DNA from: Malacoraja senta
Taxonomy: Eukaryota
Direction of reading: 5' to 3'
Assembly (NCBI GenBank): GCA_038087875.1
Contig: CM075989.1
Location: 21,268,001 to 21,332,000, forward strand
DNA: 64,000 bases
Shown: positions 9,160 to 21,738 of the stretch, piece by piece
Layout: each line of letters begins with the position of its first letter
Position numbering within the stretch: position 1 is the first letter of the stretch
Position numbers and translations under genes: made by a program
The notes under the pieces: model-generated
Database searches by the model: none
Seen by the model: the letters and a program-made list of their open reading frames with translations, nothing else
Told to the model about the DNA's origin: nothing

Positions 9160-10042
9160 AATGAAGAGGCTTTTAGATAGGCATGTGTTAGAAGGAACTG
9201 CAGATGCTGGTTTAAACCGAAGATAGACACAAAAAGCTGAAGAAGGGTCACGACCCGAAGCGTCACCCGTTCCTTCTCTCCAGAGATGCTGCCTGTCCCA
9301 CTGAGTTACTCCAGCTTTTTGTGTCAATCTTTTAGATAGTCACATGGGTGTGCAGGGAATGGAGGGTTATGAGGGGATTAGTATAAAAGTTGGCATTATA
9401 TTCGACATGGATGTTGTGGGCTGAAGGGCCTGTTCATGTCCTTGTTCTATGGAGACAGAACAAATAGCAGATTAATTTCTTTCATCATAGGGTGGTGAAT
9501 CTGTGGAATTCATTGCCATAGAAGGCTGTCGAGGCCAAGTCAGTGAATATATTTAAGGCAGAGATAGATAGATTCTTTATTAGTACGGGTGTTAGAGGTT
9601 ATGGGGAGAAGGCAGGAGAATGGGGTTAGGACACACAAACACGCACACGCAAACACACGTACACAAACACACACACACATGCACACAAACATACACACAA
9701 GTGCACACACACACAGAGATGCACACATATATAAAAACACACACACACACAAACACCCACACTTGCACGCACTAATGCACACATATAGACACACACACAC
9801 AAACACCCACACTTCACGCATAAACACACACATATACACATATACACACATACACGCACACATACACACTCACACACACAGGAGCTTTAAAGAAAGCTTG
9901 GAAAAAGCCACGGTTGTCAGGGGTTATAGGGAGAAGGCAGGCGATAGGAGGCAGGGATAGATCAGCCATGATTGAATGGCGGAGTAGACTTGATGGGCCG
10001 AATGGCCTAACTCTGCTCCTATCACTTATGATCTTATGATCT
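9160..10042 (+). mobile_element. Cluster of CR1-clade 3' fragments with a nested PLE fold-back (9185-9328) and a CA-rich insert (9630-9904)
   Basis: GAATCTGTGGAATTCATTGCC...GATGGGCCGAATGGCCTAA tail motifs. Confidence 0.75.
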
Positions 10043-10397
10043 CATGCAGTTTTACAAAAAAAAATACAAAGGACTGGAGTAACTCAGCTTTGAAGTAACA
10101 CGCAGGCAGCCTTTGGGGTTCGGAGTCTTCTTCAGACTGAAGAAAGGTCCTGACCTGACACGTCGTCTATCTGAGTCACGCCAGCGATGCTGTTCTATAT
10201 AGAAATACAGCAGTGTTTAGCCACTAATCGTTCCCTAAAATTCAATCAGATATCACATGAAAAAATAATGGCTATGTGATTGAATTTCTGGCCCGCTGTC
10301 CTTGTGAAACAACATTTGAAATCATGTTGAACTGGTTGCCATTCCAAACAATGCCTAAAAAGGCATCAGTGATTCAAACCCAATGCCCACGACTCCG

Positions 10398-10723
10398 TGG
10401 GCGGCCAGCGGTAGAGCTGCTGCCTTACAGAGCTTGCAGCGCCAGAAACCCAGGTTCGATCCTGACTGCGGGCGCTGTCTGTACGGAGTTTCTACGTTCT
10501 CCCCGTGACCTGCCTGGGATTTCTCCGACACCTTCGATTTCTGCCCACACTCTAAAGACTTACAGGTTTGTAGGTAAATTGGCTTGGTGTACGTGTAAAT
10601 TGTCCCTCGTGTGTGTGTGTGTGTGTGTGTAGGGTAGTGTTAATGTGCGGGGATTGCTGGTTGGCGCAGATTCAGTGGGCCGAAGGGCCTGTTTCCGCGC
10701 TGTATCTCTAAACTAAACTAAAC
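10398..10723 (+). mobile_element. V-SINE (subfamily with extra GCTTGCAGC in the head)
   Basis: B box GGTTCGATCC, V-domain, tail, (TAAAC)n. Confidence 0.88.
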
Positions 10724-11380
10724 AGGACTCTATAATTGGGAATGTTTGCTGCATGACTACCAGGTAAGTTGTTATAGATATTCCAACGTCTCAAAATAAT
10801 GTAAAGATTGATGTTATAATAAAAGGAATAGCTCATTAGATTTTCACCAAGTTTCATGTTTCAGGAGTAATTAAACCACCGTATTGATACAAGGGTAGCT
10901 TGCAACGTTGGTGAATTCTACTAATAGTTATATTGTCCATTATTACTGCACCATAGTAATTTAAATCAGGAGCGAGCAAATATTACTCAGTTTTGCTGTC
11001 TGGTGAAAGGAATAGTCTCTGGAGTGTGTAGGCCACTGTTTGTTTCATAAAACACCAAGAGGCTGCAGGCACTAGGGTCTACCTTCAATGTCTAGACATT
11101 TGTGACCTCCTCACATTTTCTCGGAAGGTATTGTTTGCATTCCGTAATCGCTATCTCTAATTTTACCTTGCAAAGCTCCTGCACATTCACATTTATCGTC
11201 AGTCCTGCTGGCAATCGGGCCCGCGCTGAGCTCTCGTGTCTCTTTAATTGAGTGCTACAGTGGACATTACTCTGCCTGGGCCTGTGTTTATAACACCACC
11301 GCCTGTCACTAACCAGGTTAGTGTTGACTACCTTCTGAAAGTCAGTTCCAGCCTGAAGTTTAAGGTGAGTATTGCAGGAC

Positions 11381-11905
11381 GAAGATAGACCCAAAATGCT
11401 GGAGTAACTCAGCGGGCCAGGCGGCGTCTCTGGAGAGAAGGAATGGGTGACGTTTCGGGTCGAGACCCTCCTTCAGACCGAGTCAGGGGAGAGGGAGATA
11501 CAGAGATAAGGAAGTGTCAGGTGTGAACACGAGACAAAGGGGATGAAGATCAAGGAAAATGTTGAATAGATCATTGTTAGTCGGGAGAAGGTAACAGGAA
11601 AGCAAACTGAGTTAAAATGTAAACGTGGACAGTCAGACTAGTCAGAGAACTGGGAATGGGGAGGGGATGGAGAGAGAGGGAAAGCAAGGGTTACTTGATG
11701 TTAGTGAAGTCAATGTTCATACCACTGGGGTGTAAGCTGCCCAAGCGAAATACAAGGTGTTGTTCCTCCAATTTACACTGGGCCTCAATCTGACAGTGGA
11801 GGAGGCCCAGGATAGAAAGGTCAATGTGGGAATGGGAGGGGGAGTGTTTGGCAACTGGGAGATCAGGTAGGTTTAGGCGGACTGAGCGGAGGCATTCAGC
11901 GATCG
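11381..11905 (-). mobile_element. Penelope-like element 3' portion: GIY-YIG C-terminus, 3'UTR and hammerhead-bearing terminus
   Basis: Minus strand reads LRSVRLNLPDLPVAKHSPSHSHIDLSILGLLHC...EEQHLVFRLGSLHPSGMNIDFTNIK* (stop ~11691), then a pyrimidine-rich UTR and hammerhead-like motif at 11449-11476. Confidence 0.88.
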
Positions 11906-12426
11906 CAGGTTGAATTCATTTTAGGTTCTTGTTTTATTTTTTTCACGCCCCGTAAACATTCCTGCCGTGCAGTGCGAGGCCACAGGTCAGCGTGCATGTG
12001 CTCAGGCAAGGTGCTGTTCCAGCTGCCTTTCATATACAAATCAATAGCTAATATCAGCACATTCCCCTGCCACAGCCTCTTTTTAATCCCAGTATCTGTT
12101 GTGGATGCAATTAGTGATTGATAGTGCAAGACATATTAGCTAAGCAAGTGGCAAAGATCAAAATGCTAGCAATGAACAATGAGGTTTCTGGCTCAGAGCA
12201 CCAGCGGTTTCAACACCGATCTATATCACCATGCCTGCATTGTCAATAAGTGTTCATTATTAGCTTTGTTCTAATATCTTTGTCCATACATGTCTGCCAC
12301 TCCATTCTACATTAAACACTTCCTCAGTGCACATATCAATTCCACCCAGTTTCTTCTGCAATGTTTTAATTCAAAACTCTGCTAACATTATCGCACCTGA
12401 TATTTGGAATTTATTCCTTGAATGAC

Positions 12427-12468
12427 ATACACACGAACATACACATGTGAAGCATGTGTGCATTCACA

Positions 12469-12536
<68 letters not shown>

Positions 12537-12593
12537 CGCGCGAGCACCCACACACACTCACACACAAGCACACACACACACACACGCACACAT

Positions 12594-12635
<42 letters not shown>

Positions 12636-12886
12636 ACACACACACACTCACACACAAGCACACACACAAGCACACATACACACAAACACACACCCACACG
12701 CACACACACACACACACACACACCCACACTCACACACATGCACACACACACACACACACACACCCACACTCACACACATGCACACACACACACACACACA
12801 CCCACACTCACACACATGCACACACACACACATGCACACACACATACACACACACACACACCCACACACACACAATCACACACAAG

Positions 12887-12918
<32 letters not shown>

Positions 12919-13106
12919 TGCACACACATATACACACACACACATGCACACATGCACACACATACACACACACACACACACACGCACGCACACACACACA
13001 CACACACATGCACACACATACACACCCACACACATACACTCACACACAAGCACACACACACACACACACACGCACACACGCACACATGCACACACATACA
13101 CACACA

Positions 13107-13160
<54 letters not shown>

Positions 13161-13222
13161 CACACATGCACACACACATTCATACGCACACACAAGCACA
13201 CACACACGCACACACACACATG
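12427..13222. repeat. Compound (GT)n followed by long degenerate (CA)n microsatellite
   Basis: (GT)~30 at 12472-12531, then about 680 bp CA-rich. Confidence 0.97.
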
Positions 13223-13259
13223 CGCAGGAGCTTTAGAGAATGCTTGGAAATGAAGAAAC

Positions 13260-15790
13260 ATCAATTAGCATATTCTAAATTTCATAAAGCTGGCGAAATA
13301 TGTTTTACAATATTTTTTAAATGTTACTCACTTTCAGCCATTCTAGAGTTAATGTGGAATATGAGACTTTAATCAACCAATAAAGAAAGCCTCTCATCAA
13401 AAGAAAAAAAATCACTTGTGAGAAATGTAATTTACTTTATATGACCCGCTATTGATTAGTCTATGTCTGTTACACAAATATCACAGGAATTATTGATCGT
13501 AAAACCTTGAAGATAATAGCTATACTGAGGAAAAATAATTATGCTCACTGTGTGGTCAAATGCACACAATGTTAGCAATACCAGCACATTATCAAATATA
13601 TTAATCACCCTTCTGTGTCGTAAGGCCACAGAAATCACATCAGGGTTATCTACTGACTTTTCTTAAGCAAATAATATTTTTGGTTTCTTGCGAAGGATGG
13701 TTTTGAAACAAGAATAAGATCGAAAGGAGAAATAAGAGGATGGATTGTGCCCGAGCGTCTTTTATCATGGTGCAATTTTTTTTAATCTGGTGAAACTCCT
13801 GGAATCAGGTAGAATTGAAGGCGTAGATTTTATGCTTTAGGCAATTAAGCAGCCCAAATGAGCAAAAGAATTGCAAATGGTCTTTGAATAAACAATTTTA
13901 AACAGTAATGTATTGCATCATAGCAATAAAAAGTTTCAATTCAACCACCTCAATCCATCAAAGCAATTAGAAAGATTTAGTACATCATGAATTAATATAT
14001 ATGGATATCATTTACATCCATGTCAGGTGTTTGACTACGAGCTTTTATCATTTGAATATCATCATATTTGGGTTTCACATGAATAAACACTTTACTGTAC
14101 AAGGGGCCCAATTTGCATATTCTTAAAGAATTGTTTTAACCTCTCGTGGGCTGGCTTTAAATATAGTATTGATGTGGAATTAAATGCTAAATTGCATTAG
14201 GATTTATCTTTTAAAAAATGCCTTCTTTGAAAACAATCGTGCAATACATTTATTGTTCTTACAATCTCGCCATTTAAAAAATATAATTCCAACAAAACAA
14301 AATTACTAAAGGCGATTGGTTTTAATAATATTTGACGTAGATGTTGTTTTTGAAAATTCCGTTACTTTGAACTGAAAGCATTCTCGTTGAGCTCAATTCT
14401 AACGGCTAACTAATAGCTAAAATAATCCGGATGGTATTTTGAATAAAAAAGGAGTGAGTTGTCTTAAATCTGTAGGTTATAATAGATGTGTTAATAAGAT
14501 AAATTATTGATGCATTCTTTTCCCCATTCAAAATATTGCAGGCTTTAATTTTCTTCTGACAGATTTGCTGCATTGTGTCTTACACCTGCTTATTCACTGG
14601 CAGAGAGAACAGTTAGGCTACTTGGGACTCTGCAGGAGTATTTGGCTATGATTAATTGCCTTGTCTTGTGAATGGAGAGTCCCGAACAGCATGATTCTGT
14701 GCATATGTAAATACAAGGCACTTTAATATCTCACTGCAAAACTGAGATTAACGAAATGACTTAACAAGGAGATTGAGTTTCCTTCAGTGTTCCTGTTAGG
14801 TAAACTACTTAAAATGTGTTTACAGCATTCCCTGCAAATGTGCAGCCGGCTTTCTAGACAGTTGCCGTTCTTTATCAAGATATATTTAACAGAGCAACAT
14901 GCGACTAAAGAAAGGCATGCTTGTAGATTCCCCTATTTAAGTGGCGTTGGTGTGTTCGTGAATTCTCGATATACATGCAATATTACAGAAGGTCAATAAA
15001 GGGCAACTTTTAAAAATGAGCATTCGGGCAGATTGCAAATTGATTAGCCCGGATCAGTAAAAGGAGAAAATTGCAGTTATGATCTAAAGCAGGCACTGGA
15101 GCTCAGCTCTTGAAACCAAAAGCAATTTTTTTTCAAAAATTTAAAACGCAATGTTTTTTGAATTGAAGAAGCAAGTGGAAAAGATGATTTTTTTTTGTTT
15201 GAAGTAGAACAGCCTGTGGAAACATGAACGTATAGATAAAATAAGAGATTCTTTAAACACGTCGGGGATTGTCATGTGCTTATGCAAAGACTGAACTATT
15301 CTGCATCCAATGAAATCTTCAAGGATCAGCCTATATTCCCCAGACACTGTGTGTTGACATTTAGAGATATAATGATTAATGAATAGTGCCGTCAGTTAAT
15401 CGTGACCTGTATCTGATTATTAATTGATCAGCTGGTCAACCATTATAACTGCTGGGGCAAATTAATTCAAAAGGTATAACCAATATTACAAAGGTCATTT
15501 GGAACTAGTTAAACACAATTGAAAGTTTTTTTTTTAAAGTTGCATTTACATAATACATCACAATGATTCTTAACCGATTCACGCTTGATTAGTGAACTCC
15601 AAGAAAGTCCTTCATTTCACCCCTGAAATAAGAAAGGTCACACCGAAACAAATGGTTAACGTTAAAACAGTTAATGTATCATTCTGAAAGTTATTTTGCT
15701 TTATCATATTTATTTAAATTGCAGCGTATGAGAGTGGATATATCTTACTCTGATTTTTTGGACTGTCTGAAACTGGCATATATGTCGCTG
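13260..15790. promoter_or_regulatory. TE-free AT-rich island, candidate conserved non-coding/enhancer region
   Basis: 2.5 kb with no recognisable repeat in a TE-dense window; many TAAT/ATTA cores; no long ORF. Confidence 0.4.
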
Positions 15791-15792
15791 AC

Positions 15793-16103
15793 TTAGTTCA
15801 GTTTAGTTTAGAGATACAGCGCAGAAACAGGCCCTTCGGCCCACCGAGTCCGCGCCGACCAGCGATCCCCGCACACTAACACTATCCTACACACACAAGG
15901 GACAATTTACAATTTTACACAAGCCAATTAACCTACAAACCTGTACGTCTTTGGTGTGTGGGAGGAAACCGGAGCACCCGGAGAAAACCCACGCGGTCAC
16001 GGGGAGAACGTACAAACTCCATTCCGACAGCACCGATCACAGTCAGGATGGAACCCGGGTCTCTGGCGCTGTAAAGCAGCGACTCTCCCGCTGCGCCACC
16101 GTT
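15793..16103 (-). mobile_element. V-SINE, full length
   Basis: Close to the in-window consensus with CpGs retained. Confidence 0.92.
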
Positions 16104-16359
16104 GAGCCTGACTTATGGAACCGCGTTGAGTTTTGTTCCTGTTTTTTGGCGTAGTGCGTGAGAAAGTTCAAATATTAACATTTAAGTAATAAGTAACTCT
16201 ACTACTTTTTTTTAACTCATTAAGATGCCAAGTAATGTGCAGATTAGACGCAGATCCTAGTGGGAGATGTTAGGAGGAGATTCAAGGAACTGCAGATGCT
16301 GGAATCTTGATAAAAACGCAAAGTGCGGGAGGAATTCAGTGGGTCAGGCAGCATACTTT

Positions 16360-16535
16360 GCAGGTACTGTCGCATTGTTTAAGACACATTTTGACAGGTA
16401 CATGGATAGAATAGGTTTAGAGGGATATGGGGCAAACACAGGCAGGTGGGACTGGTGTAGATAGGACATGTTGGTCGGTGTGGGCAAGTGGGGTTGAAGG
16501 GCCTGTTTCCATGCTGTACCACTCTATGACTATGA
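16360..16535 (+). mobile_element. CR1-clade LINE 3' end (SINE-partner tail type)
   Basis: GGATAGAATAGGTTTAGAGGGATATGG...GAAGGGCCTGTTTCCATGCTGTACCACTCTATGACT. Confidence 0.8.
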
Positions 16536-17475
16536 TTCTACCTGTGGAGGGGATGGACACAATGTTTTGAACATGGCCCGGTTTGAAGATGGTCCTGACT
16601 CCATGCGTCAGCTGCCTATTGCGTCCACACATGCTGCCTGACCACTGCCATCCACCAGCAATTTAAGATTTTGAGATGTTAGCACCTTTTGTCCAAATTT
16701 TACCGACACTGCATGATTTGTGTGGAATTCGTTGCCACAGAAGGCTGTGGAGGCCAATCTGGAGGCGAGAGAAGGCCAGAACCAGGGTCGGCATCAGATG
16801 ACCTCAGGAAGGGTGGAGCCCACAATGACCCATGGTTGGTATCAAGATGATTTTCTCTTTTATTCTGTGGATTGCGTTTTAATGGGTGATGTAGGACATG
16901 AAGATGGCCACGGACATCTCCAGTGTGAGACCAGTCTGTTAAATTGTGACAGGAAACCTCTGGGAATTTTCCGTTGGCACGGTAACTCGTTTCGCTCGAG
17001 GTGGCCTCTGATAATGATCGGTGGTCATTAACTTGACAAACACTTTTGCAGCCCTCAAAAACTTTATTTGAGTTTTAAACCCTAAAGCCCCCTCGCTGCT
17101 TTCATTTTGTGATGAGATGTCAAGGTGGTTATTTGGTTTCCGCAGCTGCCGAGGTTTATATAGGAAGGGTTTTGCTCTTTCATTTGCACCATGTTTGCTG
17201 AGCTCGACTGTCAAAGCAGGCGGGACATGGTGCGAAAGGTTTCATTTGTACCAAACTCACACCTCCTTTTAGGAGTCTCGGTAAATAAACTGTGTTGCCC
17301 AGCCGCTGTTAGTGAATGTGACGCATCTGTACAGACGTACAATTTGCAACACCATTGTTGCCTTTGCAACAAAGCCTTTGCCCTTGAAGCCTCCTTATTA
17401 ACACACCCCTTCTCCACGTAATGACGCCAGGTGATTTCTCACTGCACATACATGGCCAACAGACACACACAGCAG

Positions 17476-18078
17476 CACGGTGGCAAAGCAGTAGTAGAGC
17501 TACTGCCTCACAGCGCCAGAGACCCGGGTTCGATCCCAACTTCGGGAGCAGTCTTTGTGGAGTTTGTACCTTCTCCCCGTGGCCTGCGAGGGTTTTCTCC
17601 GACATCCTCCCACACTCCAAAGACGTACAGGTTTGTAGGATAATTGGATTGGTATGAATGTAAAATTGTCCCTAGTGTGTGTAGGATAGTGTTCGTGTGT
17701 GGGGATCGCTGGTCGAGGCGGATTACGGTGGTTTTCCAGAATGTGGGCGGAGATATCATGGGCAGTAAAACCTGAATCAGAGTAATATTGGGAAATGTTG
17801 CCAGACAGATATTCAGAGAGTGGTGAGTCTGTGGAATTCTCTGCCTCAGAGGGTGGTGGAGGCCGGTTCTCTGGATGCTTTCAAGAGAGAGTTAGATAGG
17901 GCTCTTAAAAATAGTGGTCAGGGGATATGGGGAGAAGGCAGGAACGGGGTACTGATTGGGGATGATCAGCCATGATCACATTAAATGGCGGTGCTGGCTC
18001 GAAGGGCCGAATGCCCTACTCCTGCACCGATTGTCTATTGTCTATTGTTTCCGCGCTGTATCTCTAAACTAAATTAAA
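17476..18078 (+). mobile_element. V-SINE interrupted by a 78-bp local duplicate and a CR1 3' fragment (17813-18048)
   Basis: SINE head to 17731, resumes TTTCCGCGCTGTATCTCTAAAC at ~18048. Confidence 0.82.
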
Positions 18079-18301
18079 CACGACATATACCAGACACAAG
18101 ACCATGACAATTGGTGTAGACAATTGTTGCAGCAATAAGTCTGGTCTAATCAGATCACTTGCTCTTGGCGAGTGTTATCTGAAGTTGGCCTTAAATATTT
18201 GCAGGGACAGTGATAGGATTTATTGTATTCACTGTCCAGTATTCTTCGATCTTTTCAGACACTGTTCACCTTGGATTTGTAGCCAAGTTTATATTCCTTA
18301 A

Positions 18302-18638
18302 AATAGACACAAAATACTTGATTAACTCAGCGGGTCAGGCAGCATCTCTGGAGGAAATGAATAAGTGATGTTTCGGTTGAGACCCTTCTTCAAACTCAAA
18401 TTAGCTTTGTTTAGTGTAGAGATACAACACGGAAACAGGCCCTTCGGCCCACCAAGTCCGTGCCGAACAGCGATCCCAGCACACTAACAGTATCCTACAC
18501 ACACTAGGGACAATTTACAATTTTACCAACCTACAAACCTACAAACCTGCACGTCTTTGGAGTATGGGAGGAAACTGGAGATCCTGGGCAGCATCTCTGG
18601 ATTGAAGGAATGGGTGACGTTTCGGGTCGAGAACCTTG
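18302..18638 (-). mobile_element. PLE fragments flanking a partial V-SINE (~18400-18585)
   Basis: Motif match to other in-window copies. Confidence 0.75.
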
Positions 18639-18762
18639 TCCAGAATGTGCACAGAGATATCATGGGCAGTAAAACCTGAATCAGAGAAATTATGGGGAAA
18701 TGTTGCCAGACAGATATACAACATTTATGGAATTAAATAATAGTAAGACTGCCAAGCACTAG

Positions 18763-18951
18763 TTCTTCTTCTTTCGTGTCCTTATGCTATATAGCGGCTC
18801 GCCACTGCTGTGCACATCGTTGCGCTATTGCCGTGTTAAGTCCAAGGTCTGCAGTAGTACATGGATTATCCAGCAATGGGCATTGCAGTAGGTGTTGCAT
18901 TTTATGGGTCTGTGTGCCACAGTCACAGGTTGTTGTACCCTCGATGTAGAT
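18763..18951 (-). mobile_element. 5'-truncated Vingi/Ingi-type LINE (C-terminal zinc knuckle and tail)
   Basis: Minus strand translates IYIEGTTTCDCGTQTHKMQHLLQCPLLDNPCTTADLGLNTAIAQRCAQQWRAAI*; tail GGACACGAAAGAAGAAGAA; 13-bp TSD TGCCAAGCACTAG (18750-18762, 18952-18964). Confidence 0.8.
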
Positions 18952-19329
18952 TGCCAAGCACTAGACTAGGGAAAAGACTGAGAGATACACGAGGAACTGC
19001 AGTTGGTGGAATCCTGAGCAAATCACAAAGTGCTGGAGGAACTCAGCAGGTCCGGCGGCATTGGTGGTGAGAGTGCACAGGCAGGGCTTTTGGGTCAGGA
19101 CTCTTCTTCAGACAATAAAAGAAAAACAATATTTTCTAATAGTTTCAAACTAACAAAACTAATTGTGGCAGCAATGGTGTAGCTGCATCATACAGTTTTG
19201 TTCTTCCCTGCAACCAACAGGCTATTAATCACTAGCACCTCCAAATAGGATCTGAATGATACAGACTTGGGGACATTATTTTTGACTATGCACTAATATA
19301 TTATGTATTTATTAGTCTCTTTATAAATA

Positions 19330-19830
<501 letters not shown>

Positions 19831-20084
19831 CACGATACCAGAAAAGTGAGTTTACATTTAAGCACTGGGATATGAATACTTGCTTATTATAAATAAATGA
19901 AGGAAATAGGATCTTCATCCTCTCATACTAATTCAAAGAAAATTATGTTAAACAGAATAGACAGTGATGAAACTGGCCATTCGGCCCCACTTTAGCATGC
20001 TGGCTTTAAATCCTACCTGAGTCTCTTTCTGTCCATTTTGGCCAACCATCCTCATAATGGAGGCACAGGAGACAGCAGGTGCTG

Positions 20085-20875
20085 TAATCTGAGGGGTAAC
20101 TTTTTCACACACAGGGTGACGGATATATGGAATGAACTGCCAGAGGAGGAACTGTGTGTAGTTTTGGTCTCCTAATTTGAGGAAGGACATTCTCGCTATT
20201 GAGAGAGTGCAGCGTAGGTTCACCAGGTTAATTCCCAGGACTGACATATAATGAAAGAATGGATCAACTGCGCTTGTATTCACTGGAATTTAGAAGCATG
20301 AGAGGGAATCGTATAGAGACATATACAATTCTTAAGGGATTGGACAGGCTTGATGCAGGAAAGATTCTCCCAATGTTGGCGGAGTTCAGAACCAGGGGGA
20401 CAGTTTCAGAATAAGGGGTAGGCCAATTAGGACTGAGATGAGGAAAAACCTTTTTCACCCAGAGAATTGTGAATCTGTGGAATTCCCTGCCACAGAAGGC
20501 AACGGAGGCAAATTCACTTGATGTTTTCAAGAGAGAGTTGGATGTAGCTCTTAGGGTTAAAGGAATCAAGGGATATGGGGAGAAAGCAGGAACGGGGTAC
20601 TGATTTTGGATGATCAGCCATGATCATACTGAATGGCGGTGCTGGCTCGAAGGGCTGAATGGCCTACTCCTGCACCTATTTTCTATGTTTCTATGTTTCT
20701 ATGAACCATAACAACATGTACAAGACGTTTGGGCAGGTATGTGGATAGGAAAGTTTTGGAGGGATTGGTGAGACTAGCAGGTGGGACTAGTGTAGATGGG
20801 GAATGTTGGTCGGCATGTGCAAGTTGGATTGAGATACTAGTTTCCATGATGCATGACTCTATGACTATGACTATA
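20085..20875 (+). mobile_element. Nested CR1-clade fragments (inner 20153-20704 inside an outer copy)
   Basis: ORF2 C-terminal coding remnants, (TTCTATGT)n tail at ~20680-20704, second tail at ~20850-20875. Confidence 0.85.
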
Positions 20876-21109
20876 ACACAAACTGCTGGAGGAACTGACT
20901 GATGGGCTGGGTTGCTGCAGCAGATTGTATTTTGCTCCATTTGATTAACTATATATTCCCTTCTCCTTCACACGGTCATTTAACCTTGCATTGAATTTGT
21001 CTGTATACAGGCCATGCTACACACAAAGTGCTGGAGTAACTCAGCGGGTCAGGCGGCATCACTTGAGGACATGGATAGACGACGTTTTGGGTCGGAATCC
21101 TTGTGGTTT

Positions 21110-21377
21110 CAGTTATAGAGATAATGCGTGAAAACAGGCCCATCAGCCCACCGAGTCGGTGCCGACCATTGCTCACCCCTGTACACAAGCGCGATCCTAC
21201 TACACACACTAGGGATAATTTACAATTTTACCAAAGCCAAGTAAAGTACAAACCTGTACATCTTTCGAGCGTGGGAGGAAGCTGGAGCGTGCGGAGAAAA
21301 CTCACGCGGTCACAGGGAGAACGTACAAACTCCATGCAGACAGCACCCATAGTCAGGATCTACCGCTGCGCCACTGT
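21110..21377 (-). mobile_element. V-SINE with a 35-bp deletion in the tRNA head
   Basis: GTCAGGATC joined directly to TACCGCTGCGCCAC. Confidence 0.8.
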
Positions 21378-21738
21378 TCCACCCACGTCTAATTGTGTGT
21401 TGCTATGGATTTGTAACCTCTGACCTGATTCACTTTTATGCTTTTTAAGTGATTCTTCAGACCCTTCTACCCGTCCCTGCTAACAAGTGAATCAGAGTGA
21501 GGAATTATTTGAACCCTCTATTACATTTAATTATGCTTAATTGTGCACAGAATTCCAGTTAATGCTTCCTCCCAAACTGAAGTGAGCAAATTAATTTCAT
21601 CAGTTATACTTTTGTGATATTCCTATTATGTTATATGGATACATTTCATAGTGTATGATCTTAATTTGTGTTTGCTGGAAATGGAAAAGATATCAGACTT
21701 CCAATACGTGGAATAAATGTACAATCCGTATGCTCAAC

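Noticed and set aside
12388..13372. Long His/Thr or Cys/Val ORFs up to 316 aa (also 9540-9960, 19293-19673, 31215-31537)
   Set aside because: Translations of CA/GT microsatellites, which contain no stop codons.
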